A stretch of 63,214 bases of DNA, filler included, from Octopus bimaculoides (GCF_001194135.2; 6 parts of 5 records of this genome joined end to end with filler, not necessarily neighbours in it); one strand, 5' to 3'; shown: positions 1-12,895, numbered from the whole stretch's first letter. The notes: a model not told the origin generated them from the sequence alone. Translations and numbers: made by a program.

Positions 1-70
<70 letters not shown>

Positions 71-592
71 TTATTTATTTATGTGTTTTAGCCAAGTGGC
101 TGCGGTCATGCTGGTGCACCACATATATATATATATGTGAACACACATTGGCGTTTAAAAAAGCAAAAAACACCCACTCACAGAAAAAGAGTAGGGCACA
201 ATATAGGAAGGTATTGGTAAAACTGGAATAAATTTTGCAACCACTCAAAGTAACACAAATATTCTTTTTGAAAAAAACGTAAAACGTAACATCATTTGGA
301 TATGTATACATACATGCACGTCCTTTTTATTTATGGATTTTGTATACAACCTATGTGTGTGTGTAAATACAAAAATAAATTCTTATGTATGTGTGTATGT
401 ATGTTTGTGTATGTATGTGTGTATGTATGTATGTATGTATGTATGTGTTTGTATGTATGTATGTGCTTGTGTATGTGTGTGTGTATATGTATGTATGTAT
501 GTATGTATATATAAGCTTGATGATGCAAAGGGAAATAGAACTCAAGACATGAGACTATATATATANNNNNNNNNNTCTTATTGCTGTATATG

Positions 593-647
<55 letters not shown>

Positions 648-723
648 GCATCTGTATATATGTATATATATATATATATGTATAAATATGTATATATATG
701 TATGTATATATATATATATATAT

Positions 724-758
<35 letters not shown>

Positions 759-1130
759 TAATCGGTAGAACTTACAGAGTGACTCAAGGACCGAGAGCAC
801 GACAGTTTCGCCCATTGGCACTGATATATATATATATATGTATACACACAAACACGCACACAAACTCACATACACATACACACGCACTTATAATATATGT
901 ATGTATTTCCAAATGTATATCATATGTATGTTTTTACATGGAGGTATACCTATATATGTGAACATACATACATACATACATACACACATCCATCCATACA
1001 TACATACATACATGCACACATATATACATACATGCACACATACATACAAACATACATACATATATACATACAAACATACATACATATATACATACATACA
1101 TACATACATACATACATACATACATACTCG
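1..1130. repeat. Compound (TA)n/(CA)n/(TATG)n/(CATA)n microsatellite field
   Basis: Directly visible; source of the low-complexity ORFs 296-1295. Confidence 0.95.
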
Positions 1131-1454
1131 CATGCAAAAAGTAGTGCACATGTATCCATATCCATGTCTCATCCATTTATTGATTTAGTCTCATTTATTC
1201 TTTCAGTGTTTCTGTTAAAATTCTTTCATTTGCTTCTCTCCTCTTTCTCTTCTATACTTTTCTATGCCCTGAAGAGACGATTTAGCCACTGCTAATCCCA
1301 ACTCACATACATGCACACGCACTCGTACACACAGAAGCACATGCAGACATCATGTACAAAAACATATTACCATACATGCATACACACACTCATCACACAA
1401 GTTTTAGTTTCCTTACATGCGTGTAAGTTTACTTGTATGTCTGTTTGTGTTTGC

Positions 1455-1671
1455 TATTTCTTTTCTACTCTAGACACAAGGCCCGAAATCTTTGGGGAAG
1501 GGGCCAGTCGATTAGATCGACACCAGCACGCAACTGGTACTTAATTTATCGACCCCGAAAGGATGAAAGGCGAAATCGAGCTCGGCGGAATTTGAACTCA
1601 GAACGTAGTGGCAGACGAAATACCGCTAAACATTTCGCCCGGCGTGCTAACGTTTCGGCCAGCTCGCCGCC
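1455..1671 (-). mobile_element. SINE family B, full length
   Basis: Reverse-complement match to 40774-40982 end to end. Confidence 0.9.
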
Positions 1672-1718
1672 ATTGTACTTGCTATTTCGATAAGAATGTC
1701 GCTATGTATGGATGAACC

Positions 1719-2116
1719 TTTTATCTTTTATGTCTTATCTTTGACTTGTTTCAGGCATTAGACTGCGGCCATGCTGGAACACCACCTTGAAGAATTTTTG
1801 GTCGAATGAATGTACCCTAGTACTTTTATTTCTTTTACGCCTGCTACTACCCCCATCCGTATTTTTGCCGAACGCTAAGTTACGGGGATATAAACACACC
1901 AACACCGGTTCCCAAGCGGTGGCGGTGGTGACAACGGGGATAAACACAAAGACAAAGACACAAACACATAGATATATAAATATATATACAATGGGCTTCT
2001 TTCAGTTTCCGTCTTCCAAATCCGCTCACAAAGCTTTGGTCAACTCGTGGCTTTCCCGAAATGCCATACAGTAGGACTGAATTTGGAACCATGTGATTGG
2101 GAAGCAAACTTCTAAC
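1719..2116 (-). mobile_element. SINE family A, near full length
   Basis: Collinear with 6811-7220 on the opposite strand. Confidence 0.8.
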
Positions 2117-2377
2117 GTGTTTGCATTTGTACATACCATTCGAAATATGAATGGGTTTTACATATGCAATGTAATGAGTAGAAAAGGTTCGATCACCTTA
2201 TACTATCTAAGCAATTAGCAAACAAAAACTTCCTCAAAAAGTGTTTAGAATCTTCAATTCCTTAAGGATTCTCATTTGGTGAAACCTGCTATATTACAAA
2301 TGTAGATTCCTACTCTGACATGGGGTAGACATAGGGTACACCCTTGAGATATTTTCTCTCCGCCTTCCTCTATATCG

Positions 2378-2542
2378 TTTTCGTTCTAGTCATTAGACTG
2401 GGGTTATGTTTGGGTACTACCTTGAGTACTTTAGTCGCACAAATCGACTCCAGTACTTATTCTATCGGCCTATTGTGTCGAACCGTTAAGTTACGAGGAA
2501 ATAAAGAAACCAACAGTAGCTGTTAAACGGTGATGATGGGCA
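2378..2542 (-). mobile_element. SINE family A, degenerate 3' half
   Basis: AATCGACTCCAGTACTTATTCTATCGG and GAACCGTTAAGTTACG blocks match family A. Confidence 0.65.
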
Positions 2543-2600
2543 AATCCATCTATCCATCCATCCATTCACACACGTACACACATACACACGCACGTATATA

Positions 2601-3195
2601 TAGGTTGCGATGGGTAAACTGTCACCATTTCATACATTTAATTACGCGCATGCGCATTGTTTGTTTTTGATTGTGTCAACTACAGAGTATAGTAGGGTCA
2701 GTGGAGCACTGTCTGTGAGAAAAAGACCACCATGACACCATTTACCATGCCAAACATTTGGGAACAACATGCTGTACTACTTAGTATTCGCTGCCGAAGC
2801 TCCAATACGAACATTTCAGAGTGTTTGGGTGTCAATCTGAGGATGCTCCCATCCATCTTCCCACAAGGCCTCCTACTCAACACAGAGGCCTATATCAAAT
2901 GCCTGGAGGAGGTAGTACCACTCTAGGGCCAGAGGGTGGCTGCTGGAAGACCCTATGTCTGGCAACAGGACTCCGCACCATGCTACACAAACAGGAAAAC
3001 CCAGTCATGGCTGTCAGACAATTTCTGTGACCACATACCCCGTAACATCTGGCCACCTAACTCCCCAGACTGCAACCCCTTGATTGTTGTGTGGGGCGCA
3101 GTTGAGCGAGAGACCAACAAAACTCCTTTTAACACCAAAGATGAACTGACGGTAAGGATTATGGTAGCATTCACCAACTTAAACAAGGAAACCGT
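2601..3195 (+). mobile_element. Internally deleted Tc1/mariner-superfamily DD37D (maT-type) transposon relic
   Basis: TA + TIR-like (T)AGGTTGCGATGGGTAAACTGTC at 2601. N-terminal ORF from ATG 2732 jumps directly to the catalytic region: IFPQGLLLNTEAYIKCLEEVVPL*GQRVAAGRPYVWQQDSAPC...WPPNSPDCNPL(D). There are 37 residues between the QQD aspartate and the damaged NPLD position, and an in-frame stop at about 2924. Confidence 0.88.
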
Positions 3196-3200
3196 AAATA

Positions 3201-3443
3201 CAGGGTGCGGTGAATAAATTGTCTAAATTACGCAAAAATAAAAATTGCACTGATATCTCATTTTAACAGACATATTTACCAAAATTACATAAAAATATCT
3301 CGAAATACTAAAGAGTAAATTTATTCAATAAAATTACCACTGGCTTCAACCGTGACTTCCAGAAGACTTCGGAATCTTTTGCAACTGTTCTGGACGGTCT
3401 CCTTGTTTAAGTTGGTGAATGCTGCCATAATCCTTGCCTTCAC
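3201..3443 (-). mobile_element. Inverted 3' end (C-terminus, 3' UTR, right TIR) of the same DD37D family
   Basis: Minus strand reads KARIMAAFTNLNKETVQNSCKRFRSLLEVTVEASGNFIE* and ends at ...GACAATTTATTCACCGCACCCTG-TA. This TIR matches the 2601 TIR at 17/23 positions. Confidence 0.85.
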
Positions 3444-3447
3444 TTTG

Positions 3448-3465
3448 GTGGTGGGAGACACACAC

Positions 3466-3558
<93 letters not shown>

Positions 3559-3707
3559 GTTTTCCTTCTACCAAATCCAGTTACAAAGCTTTAGTCGGTC
3601 CGAGGGCATAGTAGAAGACATATTTGCTAAAAGTGTCAGGGAACGGGACTAACCCGGAACCCTGTTGTTAGGAAGCAAATTTCTCACCACACAGCAACTC
3701 CCACACC
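3448..3707 (-). mobile_element. SINE family A, 5' half with expanded (CA)n, truncating the DD37D fragment
   Basis: TAGTAGAAGACA..., AACCCGGAACC, ACCACACAGC motifs; about 90-nt (CA)n at the internal tract. Confidence 0.75.
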
Positions 3708-4533
3708 TATAGGTGATCTTTTTAAACGTCCTTACTATGCAAACTTTCGAGAAAGGTGGATTCACAGAGTCGCCAGAGAGCAGGACAAGATAATTTACGT
3801 AAGGTTTTCTTTTCTCTTTGTGACTATGTTCTGAACTCAAATTCCACAGAGGTCAACTTTGCATTTCAGCGTTTCGGGATAGACAAATAAAATACCAGTC
3901 ATAATACTGTTCACGGTTGAAATGCTTTTGATGATAGATCTGCTCCATGAGTGTTGAGCCGAGATTAAACACCTAGAATTTCAAAGATTGTAAACAATAG
4001 CACAGTGAAATGTATCATCACATGCCGTATCATGTCACATTAAGGTACCTCAAACTGTTGTAGACTGTTAGACACACTAACGGAGAGCAGAACAGTATTC
4101 CACTGTACATCACAGCAAAAGTATTTCCGTCAATTTCGACGGGAAGTATTCAGTTGTTCAGTCAACTGAACGATCTGCTCATTAAATTAGTGTAAAGTGG
4201 CTGTGTATACCGTGTGTATCCTTAACGTTATTCTCAGACAGAATCAGTATATTGCAGTGCATGAGAATGTTGCGTCTTTGATTTATGCGCGCAATCCATC
4301 TGACGAGCTTTCACATAGTTTTTATCTTCTCGACTTCTCTCACAAAGCTTGGATCACCTGAGGCCGTGGTTAAAAGACACTTGCTCAAAATACTTAACTT
4401 TTGATCACGTAATTGCAAATCGAACTTCTTAACAATTCGGTTATGTTCGGTCCGTACACAGTGCACCGTACCGTATTATATAGAAACTCTTTATTCTGGA
4501 TATACAGAATTATATATCATTGCATCAGAGAGA

Positions 4534-4810
4534 AGGCGCGTGGCCTAGTTTTTAAGGAGTGTTGCACTCAGGCTGGATTCTCAGACCGGCTGTGCGTTGT
4601 GTTCTTGAGCGAAACACTTGCTCCAGGCCACTCAGCTTTAGATGCTAAACCCTGCGATTGACTAGCCTTCCAATCAGAGGAATGCTGGCCTGCTTGCCTG
4701 GCCAGCGGGTGAGCATCATTCGAAAGTTAAAACGATGCGAAATGCACTGTGACCAGCGATGTATAACAACATCCGATAGTCTGGTCGACAGCGTGATCCC
4801 GTGATATGAT
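4534..4810 (+). mobile_element. SINE family D (tRNA head plus V-domain-like block)
   Basis: GGCGCGTGGCCTAG head, GTGCGTTGTGTTCTTGAGCGAAACAC, then AACCCTGCGATTGACTAG, resembling the V-SINE CCCTGCGATGGACT motif (from memory). Confidence 0.65.
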
Positions 4811-4863
4811 TATAACATTATTATATCATTATATGATAATTATATCATAATTCTTTATATAAT

Positions 4864-5013
4864 AAGCACAAAGCCTACCATTTTGTGGGTGGTCACTAAT
4901 CGGCCTTGAAAGGACGAACAACAAAGTCAACTTCGAGGGCATTTGAACTCAGAACAGAAATAAATGCCAAACATTCTGTCCGGAGTGGTAACGATTCTGC
5001 CAGTTCGCGGCCA
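4864..5013 (-). mobile_element. SINE family B, degenerate
   Basis: AAAGTCAACTTCG..GGCATTTGAACTCAGAAC and AACGATTCTGCCAGTTCGC. Confidence 0.65.
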
Positions 5014-5365
5014 TTATAACATTATATGACACTGCAACATACAACTGTTTATTAAACCAATGCCTGAATTCAACGTCGCAACAAACCACTGTAAAATCTT
5101 CACTTCTTATAAAGAGTTGGTAGAGCCCTGTACAAAGCTTCACGACATGCTGTTTCATATCACTGAACGATATTCTGCACCATGCACCTATACAGAGGTA
5201 CAGCTGTTAAATCATCAATACACGCACTGGTCCTAGACAGTGTGTTGTGTTACACATCGCCAACAGTAAATGAAGAGGAACAGCAACGTGTCACGTTTCG
5301 GCAGAATCCATCTCAGCCACCTTCACTTTGACTACGACCGTAATCTTTAGGTTTTTAAGAAAAGG

Positions 5366-5623
5366 AAGTAGTTCTCAATTGGGGCCTATATGACCCTTGG
5401 GGGTCCATATAAGATTTTGTTGCTAAAGTTTATGTGTAATAAATTGGTTATTCTTCTACAATACGCAAAATAGTTTAACAATTTTTTAAATGTAATTTCT
5501 AATAATATTTAATAACAAAGATATAATGGAATTTTCTAAAGTATCGAGGTCTTATGGGGTCTAGAAGAGTGAAGTAGGAATTAAAGGTGTCCACGGGTAA
5601 AAAATGATGGTTGACATCCACTG
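5366..5623. mobile_element. hAT/Charlie-like MITE
   Basis: Ends AAGTAGTTCTCAA... and ...TTGACATCCACTG approximate CAGTGGTTCTCAA TIRs; non-coding AT-rich interior. An 8-bp TSD is not recognisable. Confidence 0.5.
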
Positions 5624-6810
5624 GACTAGACGGAATAGAGAGTGTTCCCACTTTTACGCTGCATTACATGCGGTTTCGTACGGTTTACTAGGTGACTACA
5701 TGTCAGAATGTGGAATACTGCTCTCATTTAGAAGGAGATGTACCTTAATAGGAAGATGGACAGATATGTATGTGGGTTACTCCTTGTCTTTCAGTTGTTG
5801 ACAGTGATGCAGGTTCTCATATAAGACGAAATGGTCACGGATGGAATGCTTTTGATCATTGGTCTTTTCGATCAGGAATGACTTTGAGTTAAACAACAAC
5901 GCAAATTCACGCATATCAACACCTTTGAACTACAGCTGCAAGGCAAGCGAGCCCAGAAACTGTGATGGGTACTGGAGAAGAGTCCCCTCTTTGTGAAGGA
6001 TTGCTTCTGTGAAATCGGTTCGTCAGGAGTTACATACATGTTATCGAAATAAAACCGTCCCCACTCACCAAAACAAAATAAAAACAAAACCGAGCTAATG
6101 TAATATCTTCTTTGTGGCAATTAAAATAGCAGCCAAATTCCTTCACGTCCTTATTGACTTGAAAGGACACATTGGATAATGTGAGCTTAAATTTACGAAA
6201 AGCGAAAGGCCACGACTGGATCACTTTTGATCAGAGGCCTGTTCAATGAGCGCTTGGAATTTAAAAAATAACTGAGCCTTCCTTCCTAGGAAATGAGGGA
6301 ATCTCTTTGTGACGTCTCGCGCGACATGCAAGAAATAGTTTTAAAAATCTCACTTAAATGCCGCTCTACATTTTTATTAAAAAAAGGGCATGTAGAATTA
6401 TGTATTCCTACGCGTAAGATGTCAGAGAAAAGGACAGTATGGAAATGGCTGGAATATATCTTTGCTCAGAAATATATCAGAGAATGGTGAGAATACATAT
6501 CAAGGTTGTCACACGGCACCACATCATGCACTTAAAGGCTGCATGTTAGGGTTTGCACTTTGGCCCTCAATTAGGTTGAGGCATGATATAACTTATTTAT
6601 GGTTTATGCCTAGCCGTTTGATATGCCATTAGATTACCCGATCAAAACTCACTCAGGGATAACAACAATAATAACATTACACTTCTTAACATACATGTAC
6701 AACACCGATTTTCCGAAACTTTTGGTTCCAAAGCCTTTCTGGAATATTGATTTTTCCGAACCAAGTATGGTGACCTTTAAGTTACACAATTATTAAATTT
6801 ATTTAAATAA

Positions 6811-7220
6811 GGTGCAGGCGTGGCTGTGTGGTAAGAAACTTGCGTCCCAACCACATGGTTCTGGGTTCAGTCCCACTGCATGGCACCTTGGGCAAGTGTC
6901 TTCTACTATAGCCTCGGGCCAACCAAAGCCTTGTGAGTGGATTTGCTAGAAGGAAACTAAAAGACGCTGGAAGTATATATATGTATATATGTATATATTT
7001 GTGTGTTTGTGTCCCCCGTCATCGCTTGACAACCGGTGTTGGTGCGTTTACATCCCCGTAATTAGCGGTTCGGCAAAAACGAATGATAGAATAAGTATCA
7101 AGCTTATAAAGAATAAGAGCTGGGGTCGATTTGTTCGACTAAAACCCCTTAAAGTGGTGCTTCAGCATGACCGCAGTCAGATGACTGAAACAAGTAAAAG
7201 AATAAAAAAATAAAAGAATA
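6811..7220 (+). mobile_element. SINE family A, full length (tRNA head, CORE-like motif, internal TA/TG tract, (TAAAAGA)n tail)
   Basis: A-box-like TGGCTGTGTGG (6821), B-box-like GGTTCAGTCC (6864), CCTTGGGCAAGT (6886), 3' end GACTGAAACAAGTAAAAGAATAAAA; many homologous copies in the window. Confidence 0.9.
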
Positions 7221-7892
7221 ATTAAATGAAATACAGGTCCTTGTTCCTTAGTATAAATGATACAAGTTTATAAATACTGTACTGTACAAAGTATTGTGCG
7301 ATAGTGCCACCCATTAATCTAGCAGTGGGAATTTAGAGTTCATGTTCGTAAATTAGTGCGGATCATAAGAGGTTCTGGTCTGCCCATTAATGTTCGAAAA
7401 GTTGGTGTTGTACCTGTTCTACCTCGCGCATATCACAGAGTTTGGCCAACATCGTAGCCCGAGTTTTGATTCGATAAATCTGCCAACGTCTTGAAAGGAT
7501 CTGATGAGCTAAATATTATCTGAATATATTTTGCATACAGAAGACAAGTCTAGTTTCAATAGTGTTTAACTAAGATAGTTGAGGAGGACCGAATGCTTGC
7601 AGCTGAGTAGGCTTCACTAAAGGCACCCAAGGACAAGGTGGTAGTATTTACATAGGTGATAGATTAAGTATACCATCCAAGAATATAAACTGAAAAGAGC
7701 AAGAAGAAATACCGCCAAGTACTTCATCCGGCGCTCCAACATTAACGTCTCGAAACGATGAAAACAAACTTGTACTCGGTCGGATTTGAACTCAAAGTGC
7801 ATGGATCCAGAATAAATGAACACATAGCATGTTGTCCTACGTTTGAACAATCTAGTCACTTCGTCGTCTAGAGATTGTTTACACTGTTATCT

Positions 7893-8050
7893 ACATCCGT
7901 CCATCTCCGTTCACAATTCCTATGAAGTTGGTGAGAGTAGAGTCCACGGGCACCTTCCCCTGTAGAGTCCTATCAAAAGCAGCCGTCATTAGACTTTCCT
8001 GCTAGATTCCCAAGTGCGACCAACTGAGACTATGAATATTATCGAACCAT
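7893..8050 (-). mobile_element. LINE-like 3' end with (ATGG)n tail, copy 1
   Basis: Shares GAGTAGAGTCC..GGCA.CT..CCTG and GACCAACT.AGACTATG.ATATT blocks with 14911-15050 plus 15485-15527; terminates in a CCAT-type repeat. Confidence 0.5.
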
Positions 8051-8660
8051 CAACATGTACAACACATAAATACAAGCAAGCATACATACATACATACATA
8101 CATACATACATGCATACATACATACATACATACATGCATACATACATACATACATGCAAACATACGTACATACCTATGTGATAGCTGACTACTCGTAATC
8201 AAGGAAGGCTATCACTGACCATTGCTCATGTAAAGTATCAGCAATGTCCGTGCTAATTAGTACTGCACCCACGGTGGGATTCAGCCGGGTCCGCGCCCAC
8301 GACTTACATGCTCTCCACGGCACCCTACTTCTAGACCGGGCATCAGAAATTTGCTCCACCAGTAATTGTGAAACCTAAAATTTTAGCTCCAATAATGCTT
8401 TCACATTTCAGAGACCGTCCCTATCCTACTGACATAATCCAGAAACAAGCGGGGGTAAAATATCCAGTGCCAATATGGGTAGCAAGCTCAAGAATGTGGG
8501 AGCATGATGATCTCAAGCGCAAGCAAAAGATCTCCGAAATGTTCAGTGCCATTCCCTGCATATCCAGTTTTATACCAGTGTGACCTTCTCCTAGAGACAC
8601 GTTTTAACAGAAGTTGAGGAATGCTTCACTCCCAATGGTCCTCCAACACACTGGACACAT

Positions 8661-9077
8661 ATCTTCGGAACCTGGCGCATGCTTTCCTCACCGTGTCCCT
8701 GGGAAGATCTTCGAACACCTTGATCTTGGCCACCAGTTCAGCCTTGGTGTTTTCGGCAGAGTACTTGATGTCTTTCTCAATCGCATCCCACAGAGTAATC
8801 TATGGGATTACAATGAAGGGAATTAAAATGCCAGAAATCGGGGCTGGTGAAGTCTTAAAAATTCACTGACAACCACTTCTGACTCTTTCCGGAGAGGTGG
8901 CTTGGAGCCGAATCCTGCTGCCACACATATGGCGTTCCAGCAGCAACCCTCTTCAGCCAGGATTTGGCCAGTCTCCATCAGCTTCACATACCTGACTGAA
9001 CTGAGCCTAAGACCCTGTTCAAAAATGTAGGGTGGCATGATGTCACCTTTACTGAAGATACACCCAAAGACTGCTGG
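8661..9077 (-). mobile_element. Second, divergent DD37D transposase fragment (catalytic domain)
   Basis: Across frameshifts: PAVFGCIFSKGDIMPPYIFEQGLRLS...SWLKRVAAGTPYVWQQDSAPSHLSGKSQKWLSVNF*DFTSPDFWHFNSLHCNPIDY...AIEKDIKYSAENTKAELVAKIKVFEDLPRDTVRKACARFRR. D-37-D spacing counted directly. Confidence 0.88.
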
Positions 9078-9887
9078 CTAGGCTCCGTAGTCTCTCTTGT
9101 AGCTGTCCGTATCACGTCTTTCATTTCCTGTGTTCATAGAGCATTTTCTGTTTTCATAGAGCATTAAGAAGCAGTCATGATGTCTGCATTTTGATACCAG
9201 GTGTAAATCATCATGATACATGATACATGATACTTGTAACTCTTTTCTAATATTCAGTGTTCTTATTCTTTTCTTTTTAAACGGTGTGTTTCGAGGAAGA
9301 TTTAGCTGCAATTTCATAATTCATAGTTGAGTCATAAAGTAGACAAGAAGTGGAGATCCTACTATATCAGAAGTGAACTCCAAGTGCAGAGGATCTGCGA
9401 TGGCACATCTATGTTGAAAAGAATAATGTATCTTTAATTATATAAATTCACAAGTGTAACTTATATGAAATTACTCTTTTGTTTTAAGGATAAAGTTTCT
9501 TTTGTTTTCTCTCCCAAGGAATTCTAGAAATTTCACAAGTGGGTGTTCTATGTTTTTTTTAGTTTGAACGCAATCGAGGGATTCACAAATGCTGACGCAA
9601 GGAGTCCCATGATGCTTTTTGTTATTTGTTTTTCAACACTAGAGAGCTTCAAATTTGCTTTATTGATCTAAAGAAATATTTTTAGTCCGAGTAATTTGCA
9701 TATGTAGCTTTTGACGGATGATTAAGTGTGACCTGTTGATGCGAACACCACAAGCCAAACCCACAAGTAAAAAGCTTAGTGAATGTGTATATATGTGTGT
9801 ATTTTTCTGTATGCCCGCGCGCGTGTTTTTCTGAGTACGACACTACATACTAAGTTATTACGTTCAGTTCGTAAACAGGCTGACTGA

Positions 9888-10055
9888 AGGTACGTAGCTT
9901 AGTGGTTAGGAATGTTCCTTCATATTCGTAAGATTATGGTTTCGATTCCGGAACCAAGCAATCCGTTATGTTTCTTTTTTGTTTTCCCACTCACTAGTAA
10001 ATGAGTAACTCTACTACGGACTGCCTTCTTCCTCCCATTCAGCGAGGGTGGGATG
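9888..10055 (+). mobile_element. Degenerate tRNA-derived SINE (family D-like)
   Basis: GTAGCTTAGTGGTTAGG A box, GGTTTCGATTCC B box, decayed body. Confidence 0.5.
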
Positions 10056-10504
10056 GATGTTGTGCTTTCGGTTATTTGTGCGCCACAGAAGATGAATAAC
10101 GAACTCTTTGAGTTCTAAAGCTCAAAATACCAATATCCATTTTCTAGGTTGTCGGGAAAAGATTCAAGAAACATACTGGCGTCCTATCACGATGATTTTA
10201 TTTTCATTTACTTCACACCAGGAAACTTTGGCTAAGCATATTGTCCACACTCAAGATGGTTGCACTCAGGGTTGTCAGATTGTACAGTAATCAGGTACAT
10301 TTTTAGGACTGACTTTAGGATTTATTTTAATTTAAGATAGTTGATACTTGAAGATTTTAATTTTTAAAGATAACAATCTTATTGCATATCATATTAAATC
10401 AGCAAAGAAGTAAATTAGAACTATCCCATCCTTTACACACACACACACACACACACACGTGTACGTCTGTGTGTGTGTGTGTAATGGATTCACTTGAGTG
10501 TGTG

Positions 10505-10768
10505 TGTCGCGAGATAGTGGTTTCGATTCCCAGACTGGGTTGTGCGTTGTGTTCTTGAGCGAAACACTTCATCTCACGTTACTCTGCGATCGTTTCGACA
10601 CCTGACGCGTGGTACACCGTGCACCTGTTCAGGCAACGTCGATTTGATGGAAGGCTTGAGCTAATGTTCGGCACGAATATTTAATCACTATAAACAAATC
10701 ATTTGTGCAGGTCGTTCGGCAAAAAATGTTGAACACTCATACGTAGCCTTCGACAGGAGAGTCGATCA
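10505..10768 (+). mobile_element. SINE family E (head/CORE block shared with D, distinct 3' module)
   Basis: GGTTTCGATTCCCAGAC.GGG.TGTGCGTTGTGTTCTTGAGCGAAACAC shared with 4534-4810; the subsequent CGACACCTGACGCGTGGTACACCG module is different. Confidence 0.65.
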
Positions 10769-11192
10769 TATACATACATACATACATACCTACATACATG
10801 GTGGTTATTGTCTTATAAAATGACTATATACGACGACATGCATCTCTTCTACCCGCCACCCCTCTCAATCTATTGGATACATATTTGGGATTACTTTCTA
10901 ACAGTATCTGTTCCGTTTTGAAAATTAATTTTCCAACCCTGACATGTAATCTTGGTTTAATTATTATTCAAAAAAATTAATTCAATTTTGTTAATTGCTT
11001 ATATTCTAATGTACTAAATTAGAGACATTCTTATACTATATTTGTACTATTTATACTATTTCATACTAGTTTATTATGAATTACAATATTTTTAAATGTA
11101 TTACAATATTTATTTTTAGTATTCTAGGGATGCGTATTAAACGAATGTTTTTTGTTTAACAAGCCTATATTATATTCTAGTGGAAGCTCTTA

Positions 11193-11411
11193 ATTTTTTT
11201 TTTTATCTTTTGCTTCATTCAGTCATTAGACAGTAGCCATGTAGGGACATTGCATGGAAGAATTTTTTGGGCGAATGAATCGCTCCTAATATTATTTTTG
11301 AAGCCTGATACTAATTCTATCAGTAATTTTTGCGGAACCGCTAAGTTACAAGGACGTAAACACCCCAACAGCAGTTGTCAAGAACTAGTGGGACACACAG
11401 GCACAGGCACG

Positions 11412-11469
<58 letters not shown>

Positions 11470-11646
11470 CATACACACACACACATATGTACACGCGACG
11501 GACTTTCAGTTTCCGTCTACGGAATCCACTCACAACGCTTTGGTCGGCTTAAGGCTTTAGTAGAAGACACTTACCCAAGGTACTACACAGCGGAACTGAA
11601 CCCGGAACCATGTGGTTAGGAAGCAAGCTTAGGACACAACCACGCC
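11193..11646 (-). mobile_element. SINE family A, full length with expanded (CA)n
   Basis: Head (ACTGAACCCGGAACCATGTGGTT) through tail, collinear with 6811-7220. Confidence 0.8.
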
Positions 11647-12273
11647 GTATTGCATTTTATATTAGTACTGTCTATTATATTTTATGTTAGCAATATTAAT
11701 CAAAGGTGTAATTTTAAGTTAGTATACCGAGAACGTCATTATTCATTAATACATGCTTCTCTTAAACATGAGAAAAACTTAGTCGCCATTTCTAACATGT
11801 AGAGTGACCGTACGAATATCACCCAGATTTAAAACAAGATTTTAGAGTTACTTCGATGTGTCCATCTTGGTTTGGTATTACTACATAATTCTAAGATAAT
11901 CGGTCGAAAATGTGGTCTCATGTATTTCTACTGTCTTCATATTTTGCACTAAAAATTTAAAGAATAAAACAAAACAGATAAATAAAACTGTTGTTATTCA
12001 ATTTACGATACCCTAACTACAGTTAAACATCTTGTGTGGTAGAATTTGATACATATTAATACATATGACTATAACAGTTTTAAGTACATAAAAATCGTAT
12101 TAACCCCACCCCCACCCAAAAATACATCAAATGAGTGTGAAGTCATAAGGTACAGCAAAACACACACACACATATGTATATGTATGTGTGTGCATATATA
12201 TATATATACATATACATATATGTAATATATATACATTGCATACACACACACATATATGTGTGTGTGTGTGTGT

Positions 12274-12326
<53 letters not shown>

Positions 12327-12731
12327 TATAATTATTAACAAAGACAGTGGAGTGAGCAAGCTGTTTTATTACATAAGTTTATAAATGTTTCATCGACATT
12401 CGAACTGAAGAGTATCGCTATATTATTATATAATATAAATGCTACAATATAATGAAGCTCTATCATTATATTTATACGTTCGTAAGTCGTATCTGGTACT
12501 CTTTGGGTAGCTTAGAGCATGAAACTCCAGGGTTAAATCGCAAATGAAATCGCTTTATGTATTTATTTACATGCATATAGGGATTATATCATAACACGTG
12601 CATTTGAAATGCTGTAAACAGCGAAAGTGCTGAAAACAAAACGAAAACTTCCTTCTAAAAACTTTGTGCCATTTTGTTTTTTGCTAATGAACCGTTTTCA
12701 TATAATTAATACTTTTTCATTTAATTTAAGA

Positions 12732-12772
<41 letters not shown>

Positions 12773-12895
12773 TGTGTGTGTTGTGGATATGATGTGTGTA
12801 TATGTATGTATATGTGTATAGATATGTGTATGTATATTTATGTAAGCATATCTATTTATAAACATGTCAGCGACTTTTTACATAGATTATAATTG

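Noticed and set aside
6811-6880. tRNA-like A/B boxes in SINE heads as tRNA genes
   Set aside because: No acceptor stem or cloverleaf, and they continue into SINE bodies.
7501-7530. CTGATGAG motif (also CTGACGAG at 4300, CTGAAGAG at 1268 and 12405)
   Set aside because: No correctly placed helix II-GAAA follows; the half-core alone is expected by chance.
8400-8660. Possible continuation of the DD37D element
   Set aside because: Similarity ends at ...ARFRR; no stop/TIR pattern seen beyond it.
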